NCBI GenBank assembly: GCA_964187785.1
Contig: OZ076412.1
Span: 82,398,001-82,462,000 of the forward strand
Source of the DNA: Amphiscolops sp. MND2022
Lineage: Eukaryota
DNA: 64,000 nucleotides
Direction: 5' to 3'
Positions 50,801-62,821 of this stretch are shown piece by piece. Numbering within the stretch: the first letter of the stretch is position 1; each line of letters starts with the position of its first letter. A program made the position numbers and the translations under genes. The notes under the pieces are model-generated. The model saw only the letters and a list, made by a program, of their open reading frames with translations, was not told where the DNA came from and did not search any database.

Positions 50801-51640
50801 TCCAACAGTCATTGACGCCACATCATCGTAGCCTATGTAAATTATAACACTAAATAAATATCACCTCATCGACTTTGACAACGAAAGTAAACCGACAACT
50901 AACTAGTCAGGCCGCTCTGTGGAACATCATGAACAAGGAGAGTCGCATTATCTTTCTGCCGGTAGGGAGGAGTTTTAAACTTAATTGATATCTTCCGTAA
51001 AAGAAAAACAACACGACTTGAAACGAAAAAGCAAACAAAATTACACCAAATCAAATAAGACACTAGCGGTCCTGTTCTCCTTTTAAAGACAACTAACCTT
51101 CTTCATTTCCGCTGGGGGGATCAGCCTCACCCTCATGAGGTTGAGTAACGGCGGTAACTCGGGAAGATAACTCAGGCTCAGTACAAAACGCAGCTACAGG
51201 AAATGACGTCCCTGGTTGGGCATAATGGAGAAGAGAAGAAGAAAACGACGTTTCAGTAACGGGACAATCGAGCACAAAATTCAGTTTGGCAGAGACAGGA
51301 AGCAATTCCACTGCAGTAGTGGAAAAAGAAACGTCTGCAGCAGCAACGGGAACGACAAAAGTAGAACCAGGTTTAGTAACTGAACAATCAAGATCCGGAT
51401 TCAGACGCGTCAGAAATTCTTGTAAAACTAAAAGTCTGATCACAAAAAAATGTCCATTTTTTTAATGGAAGTCAGAAAGATTTTAGCAACCTGAACTAGA
51501 ATGCCCAGTTTGTTTCCGATGGAGCAACGTCGTTTTCGGCCCAGTTTGTCGTTTTCGTTTGCACTGACTAAGCCAGAAGTAGCAGGAAGAATGGATTCTT
51601 TTCTTTTTCCAGAATGAAAGGAGCAAAGAACCAAAGCAGT
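47802..51640 (-). pseudogene. X2 gene: intron-containing paralog of X1 with BED/TTF-like zinc finger
   Basis: FHCRVCRHDVSMGSHG..RHFASDYHWHQDVVYRVHM (50300-50500). Donors GTTAGT (51097, 50903, 50064) and GTGTGT (50709); acceptors TTTACATAG (50833) and TTTAG (49942). The latter two introns restore the frame. Long protein-like frames continue to ~47802. Confidence 0.7.
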
Positions 51641-52062
51641 CTTCTTGAAAAAAATACAAACAAAATTAAAAAATCATCAAAGGGTTGTGACGTCACTTTG
51701 ACGAGACCCTGTTAGAAGAAATTTATGAGGTCATAACGACGAAGCTGAAAAGTAAAAGATAAAAAAGAAATCGAATATTTCTCCTTCGTCTGAGCCAATC
51801 ACAGCAAAGACGAAAGTAATACGCATTCAGAATCAAAACGAATCAAACCGAGAAAACTTATCGTTCAAATTATCAAAGAAAGCAGTCATCTCAACAATTG
51901 AAACCTCTTCCGAAAAACTTTACAAAAATGAGCAATTTCCGCATCGTCGACATTTCGCCAGATGAAGATGAAGGCACCAAACAAAGCATCCCCATAAGGA
52001 CAAATGTGCTGAAAATGTCTGGCTCTTCTCTAGAAGCAACCAAAGTGAGTGCGGAAACTCGA

Positions 52063-52081
52063 TGATCTAAACGAGCCACAG
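52063..52081 (-). promoter_or_regulatory. PBS-like sequence
   Basis: CTGTGGCTCGTTTAGATC follows the LTR end on the minus strand. The core GGCTCGT is shared with the tRNA-Pro PBS (TGGGGGCTCGTCC). Confidence 0.4.
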
Positions 52082-52293
52082 TGTCACAAATAGGGGAAAC
52101 TTACGGTTTGAAACTAGACGACACTGCTAAGGGGAACTTGCCAGCTGGTCGAGGAATAAATTACACCTCACAAAAAATACGCAGAGGAAATTACAGCCAG
52201 TGATACTTGTCGGGTAATTTCTCCACTGCTCCGGCCTAGCTGCAGCAAGAACGCGTAGGGCCTTGTCGCAGCCCACTCCCGGCTGGTGTAACA
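52082..52293 (-). repeat. LTR-like repeat (212 bp), single copy in window
   Basis: Ends TGTCACA ... TGTAACA (TG..CA with a 7 bp terminal inverted repeat). No TSD across it, so it is not an obvious solo LTR. Confidence 0.55.
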
Positions 52294-52544
52294 CTTGTCT
52301 TCACAGCATTCATTGAAGAAATTTGAAAGGACAGGGATATTGAAGCATCAAAGGACCCTAAGTTATTTCAAACTTTACTTACATCACAGCTAAATAATTT
52401 GTAAGAATATTTGTGGAACACAAATGTTTACCTACACGCCACGTATAATTTGGATAAAGTGATTTTTCCAACTAAAACTGCCGGTCTAACATTTTTCATT
52501 TCTAGTTTTATTTCTGTGACAGTGTCCAGACCAATCTAAATATC

Positions 52545-53089
52545 AACAAGCCGGGACCGGCCCAAGTCTACAGTACTCGAAATCCGAAAAAGCAAAAAAT
52601 GGACCGAGTTGTGCGCCGGGGTCCGCTGGCGCGAGCCCCTGGCGCGCTATAAGGGGAACACTTCCGAAATTGAAATTGTCAACTTTTTTCGCAGTTGAAG
52701 GAGACCCTTAGGAGAAAAAAATTTTTAGAAAAATCTCACAATGCCAAAAAACTGAAAGGGGGACCCTTTGGGGTTTTTCTACATCCATTTTGTCGCAAAA
52801 GAGCAAAAAAAAATTGAAGGGGGGACCCTTTGGGGAAAAAATTTTCCAAAAAAAGTTTCGCAGTGCCGAAAACAAATTGAAAGGGGGACCTTTTGGTCTC
52901 GCCCGGTATGGTATTTTACGCAGGAAGACAGGAAAAACCTTTTTGGTTCAGTTCGCTAGGCCAAATGGTGTAATTTGGTGCAATAATATTTTGTAGAACT
53001 TTTGGAAACTATTTTGGTCAGTTCGTGTGGATAGAAAAAGTGAGTCACTTTAATAGTCGCGTTTCACTTCATGAAGCGCCGACTAAAAA
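52545..53089 (-). mobile_element. HINE-A variant with GC-rich replacement next to the 3' hairpin
   Basis: AACAAGCCGGGACCGGCCCAAGTC then non-consensus GC-rich sequence; consensus 5' end GCGCCGACTAAAAA. Confidence 0.75.
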
Positions 53090-54417
53090 GAACATGAAAC
53101 CCAAAAAGTGAAATAATTGTCAATCCAAAAGAGAAAAACGGAAATTTAGATCCGTATTTGCAACGGTAAATATACAACCTTAAATGAAAACAAATCCATA
53201 AAACAGTACAACATATTCAGTTCGAAGCAGTAGTCTGAATTTATTGAGATTGCAAGAACGTAACCTAAGTAAAAGAGTTTTAACGTAATGGACGCGTCTC
53301 CCAGCGAGGCTGGTACTCAGTATTGCTTGATCAACGGACCAATAGCGTTGCCACCTAGTTAATGTACTTGCGCTCAAGCCAATAAGAAAGTAACTGTGAC
53401 GTCACTAGCTAGAGCATTGGAATGAGTTTCTGAGCTCGCCGCAATCACTCCGTCAGCTGTCGGTCCACTATAGCTAATCTTTATACATAAGGATACGCTA
53501 CGTTGTTATTGGAAATTTGTCTCTGTTAAAATGAAGGTCTAAACGGAAAATGAATGGGAATTTTCACTAGAAATAACGAAGTCATAAGTCATGTGAAAGG
53601 CTTCTAATTAGTCTAAAGCTGTTTTGTATGATAGGTGATGAAGTTGTTTACCACCTCTGAATTGACTGCTTAGAAAATACTGTTAACCGTATTAATACCA
53701 AACTTTTGTGTTTTTTACAATCCTTGTCATTTTGAAATAACACTTTCAATGGTAACACTCTTGACGATAAAATTCAATTTGATATTATTCAATTACACGT
53801 GCAGTTTGCGTTGTGTTTCATGTTGTAGAAATGTTGAATTATTAACCATCTAAACAGTATTACCCATTGTGAAGCATTCACTAACGACGTTTCAGCATCA
53901 TTTTTTCCTCCATATTCCTTAAACGTAATCCTGAAAACACTTTTCCTTCCTATCATGGTTACGTGGCAAGTGTTGCTTGTCATACTTTTGTCCTGAATTT
54001 TCCAAATTTCTAACTTGAATGTTGAGTAATTGTTCACGTTAGCGTGTCTTATCTGTTGGAAATTTAGCTAGACTTTTATTTTAAAGCCATTTTAGCAGGA
54101 AATGCGTTGACTTGAAAGTAAAAAATGATTTCTACAAAGATGACGAATAAACGACGCATACTAGGAGTTTCGATACCTGATCTAATGACGCGGGACTGAA
54201 ATTATATGAATCAACTGGGCCTTTAAGTGAACAAACCCGATTTTTAAGATACCTAGAAATTTTAGGTGAGGAGAAATGACGATGTCTAGAAGCATATATA
54301 CTTTGAGTGGATGTAAATGATCTGTTTTTGATCTAATTGTGTTGCTTGTTCTTTTAACGTAGACTTAACTTCAAAGTTCAATTCAAAACTCTCAAAACAG
54401 CTTTCTGTTTTTCGAAA

Positions 54418-54560
54418 ATGACAACTAGAAGCCAGAAAAGGAAAGCAGTTGAGGAACTATTCTCTGGAGGTCTCGAAACTCTGATAACTGAGAATAACCC
54501 TACTGAGAACCTTATAGCCGCTCCTACTGCTAAGAAGACCTCCAATCTACAAAACGTAGA
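54418..54560 (+). pseudogene. Possible retrotransposon gag N-terminal fragment
   Basis: MTTRSQKRKAVEEL... is a basic/low-complexity start typical of Gypsy gag N-termini. No diagnostic motif. Confidence 0.3.
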
Positions 54561-55345
54561 AGATTCTCACTCAGAAGCTGAGAACACCTTTACAGCTCCA
54601 ACTTCAACCCCTATTAACACTGAAACGGCTGTCTCAAACAACACTCCGTTATTCAGCGTAACAGGGTCTTTTTTGAAAAACTTCAAATTTCAAAATAATA
54701 GAATTTTTTTAAAATAGAGTTACAGTGCTAAAAAACCCAAACAAGGGCATCTACCACTTTCTAGCCTTGTCGATGTTTCCAGTAATTGTTTCTATATTCT
54801 AAAATGTCCTAGACCATACAGTGTCACAACCGTCCAAAAACGTAATGAAGAACTAGCTACTGTAGGAAACGGGATCTCTTTGTTACAAGCGCCGATTTAA
54901 AAAAAATATTCTGTAAAAGTCGGTCACTTTTTGGTACAAAAAAACTTGTAGTAAATAATTCAGTAGTTATAACAAAATCAATTTCATGGATCGGTGATCA
55001 TTTTGATCACAATCTCATCAAATTGCGGTTAATCAAAGAAAAACCACGCCCGATTCCGGAGCTAGCTGATTAATTGTAGTAATTTGATGTGATGCAATTA
55101 AATTTGATAACTTTTCAAAATTACAAGACTTCAAGTCTCAAAGTTTTCAGATGGGTGGATAGGCGTTTTTTGATAAAAGATGACCAACTTGAACAAAAAA
55201 TTCGACCATTCAGTGTGAGAACTGACAAAACAAATTGCCTGCGTAAGAGTATTTCAAAAAGCGTCGAATAAAAATCAAGATTTGACCAGGCACGTGATCA
55301 AATTCGTCATAAGTAATTGGTAGAAAATAAAAAAGCAGAAAAAAA

Positions 55346-55815
55346 ACAAGAGGCCCGTTAGGAACCAGAAAATTTCCTGCCCTTCTATATTTTAGCCGAA
55401 AAGATTTAACAAAAATTCGTTTTCGAGAGATTTAAACTTGTCTATTTTAGCCTCAAATTTTTGGAATAACCGTTGGAAGTTTGCACAACAATTCAAAACG
55501 CGAGTTTTAAAATGATTTGGCACTGATTTGATTTTTAGGTACAATTCGGATACCTCCAAACGGAAACACAACAAAATGGCCGATTTCAGCATTACAAACG
55601 GGCCGCTTTTCAAAACGCAACAAACAAAATGGCGACTTTTTAATCGAATTTGTCAGGTTCCAAATAGAAATATGCTACGAAGAAAAACTTTGGGGAGCTC
55701 TGTGAATGTAACTTTACTTTTGGGGTATGAATTAAGCTTATATTGTAAACTTTGGACAAAAGTCCGGTTGAGAGATTGATTTTTGTTTCCGATCTGTAAA
55801 AAATAGGCTGAAAAA
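55346..55815 (-). mobile_element. Possible third Helentron-like family (HINE-C)
   Basis: AACAAGAGGCCCGTTAGG end, resembling the other CTTGTT-type termini. Weak TTTTAGCC / GGCTGAAAAA subTIR pair. Confidence 0.35.
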
Positions 55816-56887
55816 TTAACGTTTATATTACAGAAGAAAAGATTTATTCCACTTACTTCTTGAACAATGGAAAGTTAATAGCTAGTCAATTTCAGGTGAA
55901 ATCAAGATAGGATAATCTTCTAGTCCAAAAAACTTAATGACATTTCTAGCACAGTTTTTCAACACTTAAGAATTTTTAACACAGTTTTTCAATGATTTTA
56001 GGAAAAATAGTAACATATGTTTCTTCATTACAGAAAAATAGTAATTGTTTCACTCTCAAAACAAAGCAAATTATTTATGAAGTTACAGCTTTTGAGAATG
56101 AGCTGTGTTATGAAGATTCCCCACACTTTAATCGCGACTCTGTGCAAATTTTCACAAGAAGCAGAAGTTAAAAGAGTCGTAAAAAAGGGGATTAGTTCCG
56201 AAGTAGTGCCTGGAAGAATTCTTCAACGTTATGATTTATCTTCCGTAGACAGTGATCATATGAGTTTTGTTTACAACAAAGTTGAAAGGCGTGAATTTGT
56301 TTATTCCTTGAAAGAAGTTTGATCTACCCAAACGACGGGGCGTACTTGACTGACAGTAGTAGCCTAGTTGGCTCATATTCAAAAACTTATTTTCAAACGA
56401 AATCAAGAAATCGATGTTTTTCATGTTCCAGCAAATCGAGCAAACGAAGCTCATATCTTCCTGAAAAACGTCCCTATTTCAACCCAACAGATATCCTCGA
56501 ACATAAAATGAGTCTAAAAGGGAGGCATTTCAAGTGGGGCACCGACTTATGCCGTTACCTGCTTGTTTTTATATCAAGGAAAAAGTCTCAAGATCAAAAT
56601 AGCGAAAAAGGTAGAACTTGAAATTTTAGGAGAGACACTTTAGAGAGACAAGAATTGAAAGGTATTGAAAACTTACATTTTTGTTTTTCAAACAGAAAGT
56701 CATGATCACCTAAATACACTTTAGAGTTATTTTTTCAATTCAAAGCAATATTTCGAAGTCCTGCGTGCTTTATCTATGTTATGAAATGATGAGCGTAACT
56801 GTTTACTCCAAAATTCTAAACACAGTTTCGTCATTGGGACATTCGGTAAAAGATAAGTCACATCGCCGACCGCTACAGGTCATTAAC

Positions 56888-57241
56888 AACAAGACGTCCG
56901 CTAAGCGCCGGGATATTTTCCGCTAAAAATGTAACACATCAGCCCGGGTTCGAACCCACGACCTTGTGTCTGCCAGGCAAACGCACTACCAACTGCGACA
57001 TGCTGACTAGAATTTACAGAATGGAGTAATAAAGTGGAGATTTGGCACGTGGAGTAATAAAGCGGAGTTCAAGTAACTATAATAAAGTGGAGTTCAAGTA
57101 ACTAAAATAGTCAAGTAACTATATAAAATAGTCAAGTAGTTAAGTCAAATGAGGACCTCGGAGGCGATTTGGCAGAATTTGGAAAAAAAAACGCAACACA
57201 GATCATGATTCCCCCCAATATATGTGGGCGGAAAATAAAAA
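56888..57241 (-). mobile_element. HINE-B copy, complete, with tRNA-like cassette (56925-57005) and AAGTAACT/AAAGTGGAG microrepeats
   Basis: Both termini present, plus A box, B box and T5 terminator. Confidence 0.8.
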
Positions 57242-58091
57242 CCTTATAGAGATGATAGAAAATTGCCCACTAACAAATTTTAATATATCCAATTTACATG
57301 AATATTTCACATCAGACGTCAGTTGTTTCATTTACGTTCGAATAGAATCGATTGTTCATATGATACTACGACTGTTACCAAAGTTAGATCATGGCGCAGT
57401 AAGCAAGGTTACTGTTTTCATTTTCAACTTAAACAGTAAACCTTCACCCAACGCGACAACCGAATTTCTCTCCAGACTACACATGGCGACCGAAGTCTTC
57501 TCGCTTCGTTATCAAGACAATGTCGGACATGACAGAAAGATCTTGTATACACCGACAGACAGGACCAAACGAGTCCGCCATTTTACCAGAAGAACGCATG
57601 ATAACGACATCAAACCGGAAGCTACGGATAGGATACTGCCAATCACAGGTTGTAGAAAAAAGGAACCTTCAATACGGCAAAATTTCGTATTGAGTACCAG
57701 TCCAACGGCGATAGACGACATTGCCAGAGGGCACTTCAAAATGGACCGCATAGAAGTTGCACGGCTAATCAAAGAACATTAGCAGGCGAAAATCACTATC
57801 ACAGCCGAGGCGATTTCTTTGGATAACGAAACAAGCGAAAACATGGAACACCCAAGGAACTGCGGAAAAATTGGATCACCTGAAGAAAAACTGCGATTTC
57901 AAAAACATACAACAGAAGGACTAAATCTTTTCAAAATACATCACCAGCACTAGTCACAAAACCTCCTTCTTAAAAGTAAGATTCAAATCATAATATTAAA
58001 AGAATCAATCCACCGAGATACCTATGACACACGAAACAAGACAATTCCACAAGCACAGAGAAAAAAAGCGATAAAAGATGAACCGATACAA

Positions 58092-58774
58092 AACAAGCCG
58101 GAACCGGCCCAAGTCGGCGCCATATCTAAGGCTCAAAAATAGCAAAAGGACTTCGAAATAAAGACTGGCGTTAATAAGTGGCTGTAGAACAGAACTCACT
58201 GCCCTGGAATTTTTTCAACAGTTGGAAAATTAAAAACAAGACGAGAACGTCTAAAGTCGGCGCTATATCTAAGGCTCAAAAAGCGCAAAACATTTTTTTT
58301 GGAAATTTTAGAATTTTTTCTTTCAAAAAATGTCGCATAGTGCCGAAAAATGTAAAGGGGCACCTTTTGGATTTATTAACATACATTCTGTTGCAAAATT
58401 TCAAAAAACTTGAAGGGGGGACCCTTTGGGGACATTAAAAAGTTTTCGAAAACATGTCGCACAGTGCCGATAAAATCCAAAGGGGGACCCTTTAGGCACG
58501 TCCGGATGTGTATGTTTCCTTGAAAAAGTAAAAAATGAAAGGGGGCCCTTTGGACTAAGTTTGCAAGTTTGCTTGGGCCGGACTTGGCCTTAGGTGGTTT
58601 CAGGATTGTTTCTGAAAAGTGGACCGATCAGTGTGAGGATTGTAGTCTGAAGAAAAAAACAGTCACTGCTAAAGTCGGGCATTTTTCCTTAAATTAAAGG
58701 ATAAAGCGCCGACTAAAAACAGTCACTGCTATAGTCGGGCATTTTTCCCTTAAAGGAAAAGCGCGGACTAAAAA
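58092..58774 (-). mobile_element. Tandem HINE-A: extra 3' end (58092-58160) plus full copy (58233-58774) with duplicated 5' end
   Basis: Two AACAAG-hairpin-AAGTCGGCGC ends; 60-bp direct repeat AGTCACTGCT...GACTAAAAAC at 58661 and 58721. Confidence 0.78.
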
Positions 58775-59119
58775 CAACAGCTCCGAAGCATTTGTCTTCT
58801 TTCTCACCACAACAACAGAATTTATACAGTGGTAATGTCACAATGATCGACTGCTGGAGGTCATTGACAACAGAAACCTCAGAGAAATGATAGAAATTGT
58901 TTACGAACAAACCTGAATACATGTAGTCGAACTATATACACGTTTCAGTTGAGATTCAGTAGTTGTATTTCGTTTGATTAGAGTAGACTGTTGACATGCT
59001 ACTACAGTTTTTATAAAACGATGACGTCATTGTCGCTCATTTTGATTTCTTTCTTTTCCAATTACGAGAGGGAGAGAAACAGAACGGAAGACTACCATTG
59101 CCCATGTTGAGCACTCCTT

Positions 59120-59890
59120 GCGAATCTGTACAGATCTGCAGAGATCCTGACAGATATTCCAGGATTGTTCGAAAATTGAATAGTCGTAAATTCAAATTTC
59201 GAAAAAGAAATTAGTTGGTTAAAAAGTGCTCTACGAAAAAGACACGCCTCTTATTTGAAGTTTTAAAAAAAGTTTCTGTGCGAATCTGTACAGATCTGTA
59301 CAGATCCTTGCAGATATTCCAGGATTTGTTAAAATTAACCATACCAATAAATTACTATAACGTATTCCGAGTTTCCAGCAATTACTAAAACTACTCCAGC
59401 AAACCATGTTCCCGAAATATTACGACCACGGCACTCTATCAACATCTCTACCAACCCAGAAGGTTGTCACGTGTCAAATTTCATCCGTCAAAACGAAGTC
59501 AATATGGCAAACGAGCCTCTCAAATTTGAAAAACCACTTCTGGAAAGTTCAAGTGAAATGGATAAATTGCATTGTATAACCAACACCGAACATTCCCCAG
59601 ACACCAAAATTACCGTGATGGGGACAGGATTTCCTGCTCAAGAATTTTGAGTGATGGAGAGTTTCAACTGACTGAGCCTTGGTCAGCAAAAATATCTACT
59701 GACGAAGCTAACAAATGAAATGCATAGTTTCACTAGAAGGTCCGGAAAAAAATTTCCTGAGAAATATGTACAGAACATCTTTGAACATCTGTAAAGATCC
59801 TTGCAGATCTGCAGTTGTCCTTACGTAGCAGTGGCACGATCTTTACAGATACTCAAGGAAAATTGGCTCACAGATCTTTACAGATTCTCA
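59120..59890. repeat. ACAGATCTG-rich repeat family (also 37880-37955, 38070-38110)
   Basis: CGAATCTGTACAGATCTG..AGATATTCCAGGAT is repeated at 59121 and 59281; related motifs at 59760-59890. Confidence 0.6.
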
Positions 59891-60319
59891 AGGAAAGCTC
59901 AACATGGGTGTAGTCATGTTCGAAATGATGATGTACCACAAGACATGAGGGAAAGCAAGACAACAACGTTTCAAGTCGGTTCACCGCTTCAGGCTCAAAA
60001 AACTCATTGTTCCATTAAAGCTCAACGTTCAGGGTCGCTTTCAGCAAATTCCCAGAGCATCGAATTGGAAGGGGCGACCTGTGGCCTCCAGAAACGTTTT
60101 TCTATGAAATCTTGAAATAAAAAGCTTTGGTTGCAAAAAAGACTGTTCGAAAAAATTTTCTACCGAAAAAGTCGCAGATTCCCAAGAAATTCAAAATTGA
60201 GATATCTTAGACAAACCTTTTCCGAATTTGAAACAATGCAAAAACTGAAGGTGGAGGAAAACAGATTGAGGAATAATCCTTCAATTGCGTCAAAAGATTG
60301 GCGAACATTTAAAAATTCG

Positions 60320-60390
60320 CCCTCCGTCGGGTTCGAACACACCACCTTCTGTTTGGTGAGTTTGCACTCTGACCACTAGGCCAAGTGGCG
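60320..60390 (-). pseudogene. tRNA pseudogene or SINE head, different from the HINE-B cassette
   Basis: A box TGGCCTAGTGG, B box GTTCGAACCC, TTTTT a few nt downstream. Acceptor and anticodon stems are broken. Confidence 0.6.
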
Positions 60391-62821
60391 GTGCGAACAA
60401 ACGCTGTTCAAAAAGTGGAGTCTTGAGTGTGAGGTCTGTGGTCTGACAATCTAAGAAAATTATAAGCGGACGAAGTCGGCGCCCCGCACAAGTTTCAAAT
60501 CGTCCAAAACTGTTTGAATATGCGAAAGAACACAGCGCCCTAAACACTTGAATCACCAAAAAACCAAAAAAAACTTCAGAAAAAGTTATTCCCGAAAAAC
60601 CTAAACGGAAACCCTTCAAGTTCGCAAAACTTTACAAAAGAAAATATTTCTAAATGTGAAGGGCCAAATGAAGATTTTCCCTAGGAAACATCTCACAGTG
60701 CCGAAAAACAGTAGGGCTTTCCCACGTGTATTGAGACAAGTCTCAACAGTCCCACAGGACCCAAAAACAACCCTCAAGACTTGGAAAACAGTTTTTCTTT
60801 GCAGAAAATCCGAGGGGGCTTTTGCCTAAAAGAGGATTTACTCACATCAAAATTTCAAAAATACCAAAGGTGAAACTTAAAAAGTTGGCATTTCAGAGTG
60901 AAAATTGTCATCTTACAATTTTACAAAAAAAGGCTGACTGAAAACATGAAAACAAAAGTAGTTGGATTCACCTTCAATTCATCATTTCCGCGACGCAGCT
61001 CGACGTATAACTCGATTTTTCCCTTCCGACGAGCTTCGCGTCGATACAGGTTAACATCACATCGCATCGCTCCTGCTTCTCGCACCTAGAGAGCTTGAGA
61101 TGAATAGAAGTAGCTACCAATTTAGTATTATTGGCAGAAACTAATCCATCCACTAATGACGAAAATATGTTTTTACAGAAAATTCATGCTCAATTTCATG
61201 CCCTATCTTGATACATTTCATTCAAGTTTCTTTCCCTGAATTGTCCTGTTCAGGAATGTTTCTTTTTAAAATCTTGCAATGAAATATATCCAAGAGATAA
61301 GTTTTGTTGAAAATGCGTTTGGAAGATAAAAAACAAATTTTTTAAAATTTTTAAGGATATCGAAATTTGAACTAAAATAAGTTAGAAACGAAATCAGATG
61401 TAAAATGGATAGTTTTTAAGTATTTGCATACAGATCTCCGAGTTTTTAAACAAAAACCATCATTGAAATTTATCAATTTTTTAGTTTTACAGTTTTCCAA
61501 AATACTTTTTCGTTCAAAAGATTTTGGTCTCCTTAATCAATCCAAATCAATTTTTACAATCAGAGGACCAATTCATTTTTTACAGTATGATTTTCACAAT
61601 CGTGGTGAAAACTACGGAATGTTTTACGTCAGTGATTGCGCTCAATAAAATCATTGTTCGATCAGTTACATCCGGTGATTCTAATAAATGGCGGTGGCTA
61701 CGATCTTGAAGAGTTTTTTAATGCTTCCTTGGCGCCAAGGATTTTTTCCGGCTCAGTTTCACTCGGTGCTTTTTATCTAAATACTATTTATAAATACAAA
61801 GTTATTAGTCACATTTCATCGATGTTTCAATTTTTTCGATCCGCTCGAACTGACCAAAAAATTACTGAAGCTCTATTCATATGCCCAAGCTCTAAAGCGC
61901 ATCCAAAGCACCCAAGGACCCCTAGGAAATGTTTCAGATTTTCCAATTCGAAGAACTTTTTTGAGTCCAAAGGGTCCTCCCCTTGGACTATTCGTGGCAC
62001 TGACTGATTTCTCCAAAAGTTTGTCGGAAACTGCATTTGAGCAAAATTAAAAAACCTATTATCCCTGGTGAGCTGCGTGAGCTTCAAGCGACAAAAAAAT
62101 GATTTTTTTTTCGTTCGCTCAAAAAATTGGAATCACCTGCTTCAAGTTATGCCGTTTTTACGCGCATTTATTTTTACGAAAAAGGTCTGAATTTTTTTCC
62201 GAGTTTTCGCACGGAATTTTTTTCCAAAAATTTCTGCCAAAAGCTTCTAGATGCTGGTGGAACGCTGAAAGGTACTTTCCACTGGACATATAACGGTGAA
62301 ACCTTTCATGGATAATGCAATGACAAAGGAAAAACTTTTAACAACTTTCATTACCGAAATCTATATGCTTATATGCATCAACTATTTTCGGAGACCATTT
62401 TCCGAATAAATTGTTTCTCTATTTGTCAAACAAATTAAACTCAAAGGTTTCTAATTTTTCCAATGACATTTTAGCAGGATAGCAGGATATGACAGAAAAT
62501 CGCACTGCTACTGCGCTTCTTGTACTACGTTCAATTGGAAGAAGTTGATTCGATTTTTTTTTTCATTTTTTGTTCATTTCCTAGAAAAAACTTTCTTTTC
62601 ACCCTTGTGGGGAAAATATGTCTCTGTGACGTTATTGGTGCTTGAGACAGGTGTACGTGGCTTCTGATCCCGCGCTGTCCTACATACATATTTCTATGCA
62701 AAAGTAGACGAGACAAAAGGATTGCTTATTCGATTTTTTCCGCACTCTGTATTTTCTTCCAAAATTCTGCTTGGGAGGTTGATGATCTTTTTCCGAATGT
62801 TTCGAGCATTCAACAAACTTG

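Noticed and set aside
47888-50831. Plus-strand ORFs as an env or ORF3 of the upstream Gypsy
   Set aside because: Splice sites, the zinc-finger motif and longer coherent frames are all on the minus strand.
52082-52293. Solo LTR
   Set aside because: Flanks (CACAG / CTTGT) show no target-site duplication.
57222-57782. 186-aa ORF as a gene
   Set aside because: It starts inside a HINE-B terminus, its first half resembles a non-coding repeat also seen at ~58870-59000, and it has no recognisable motif.
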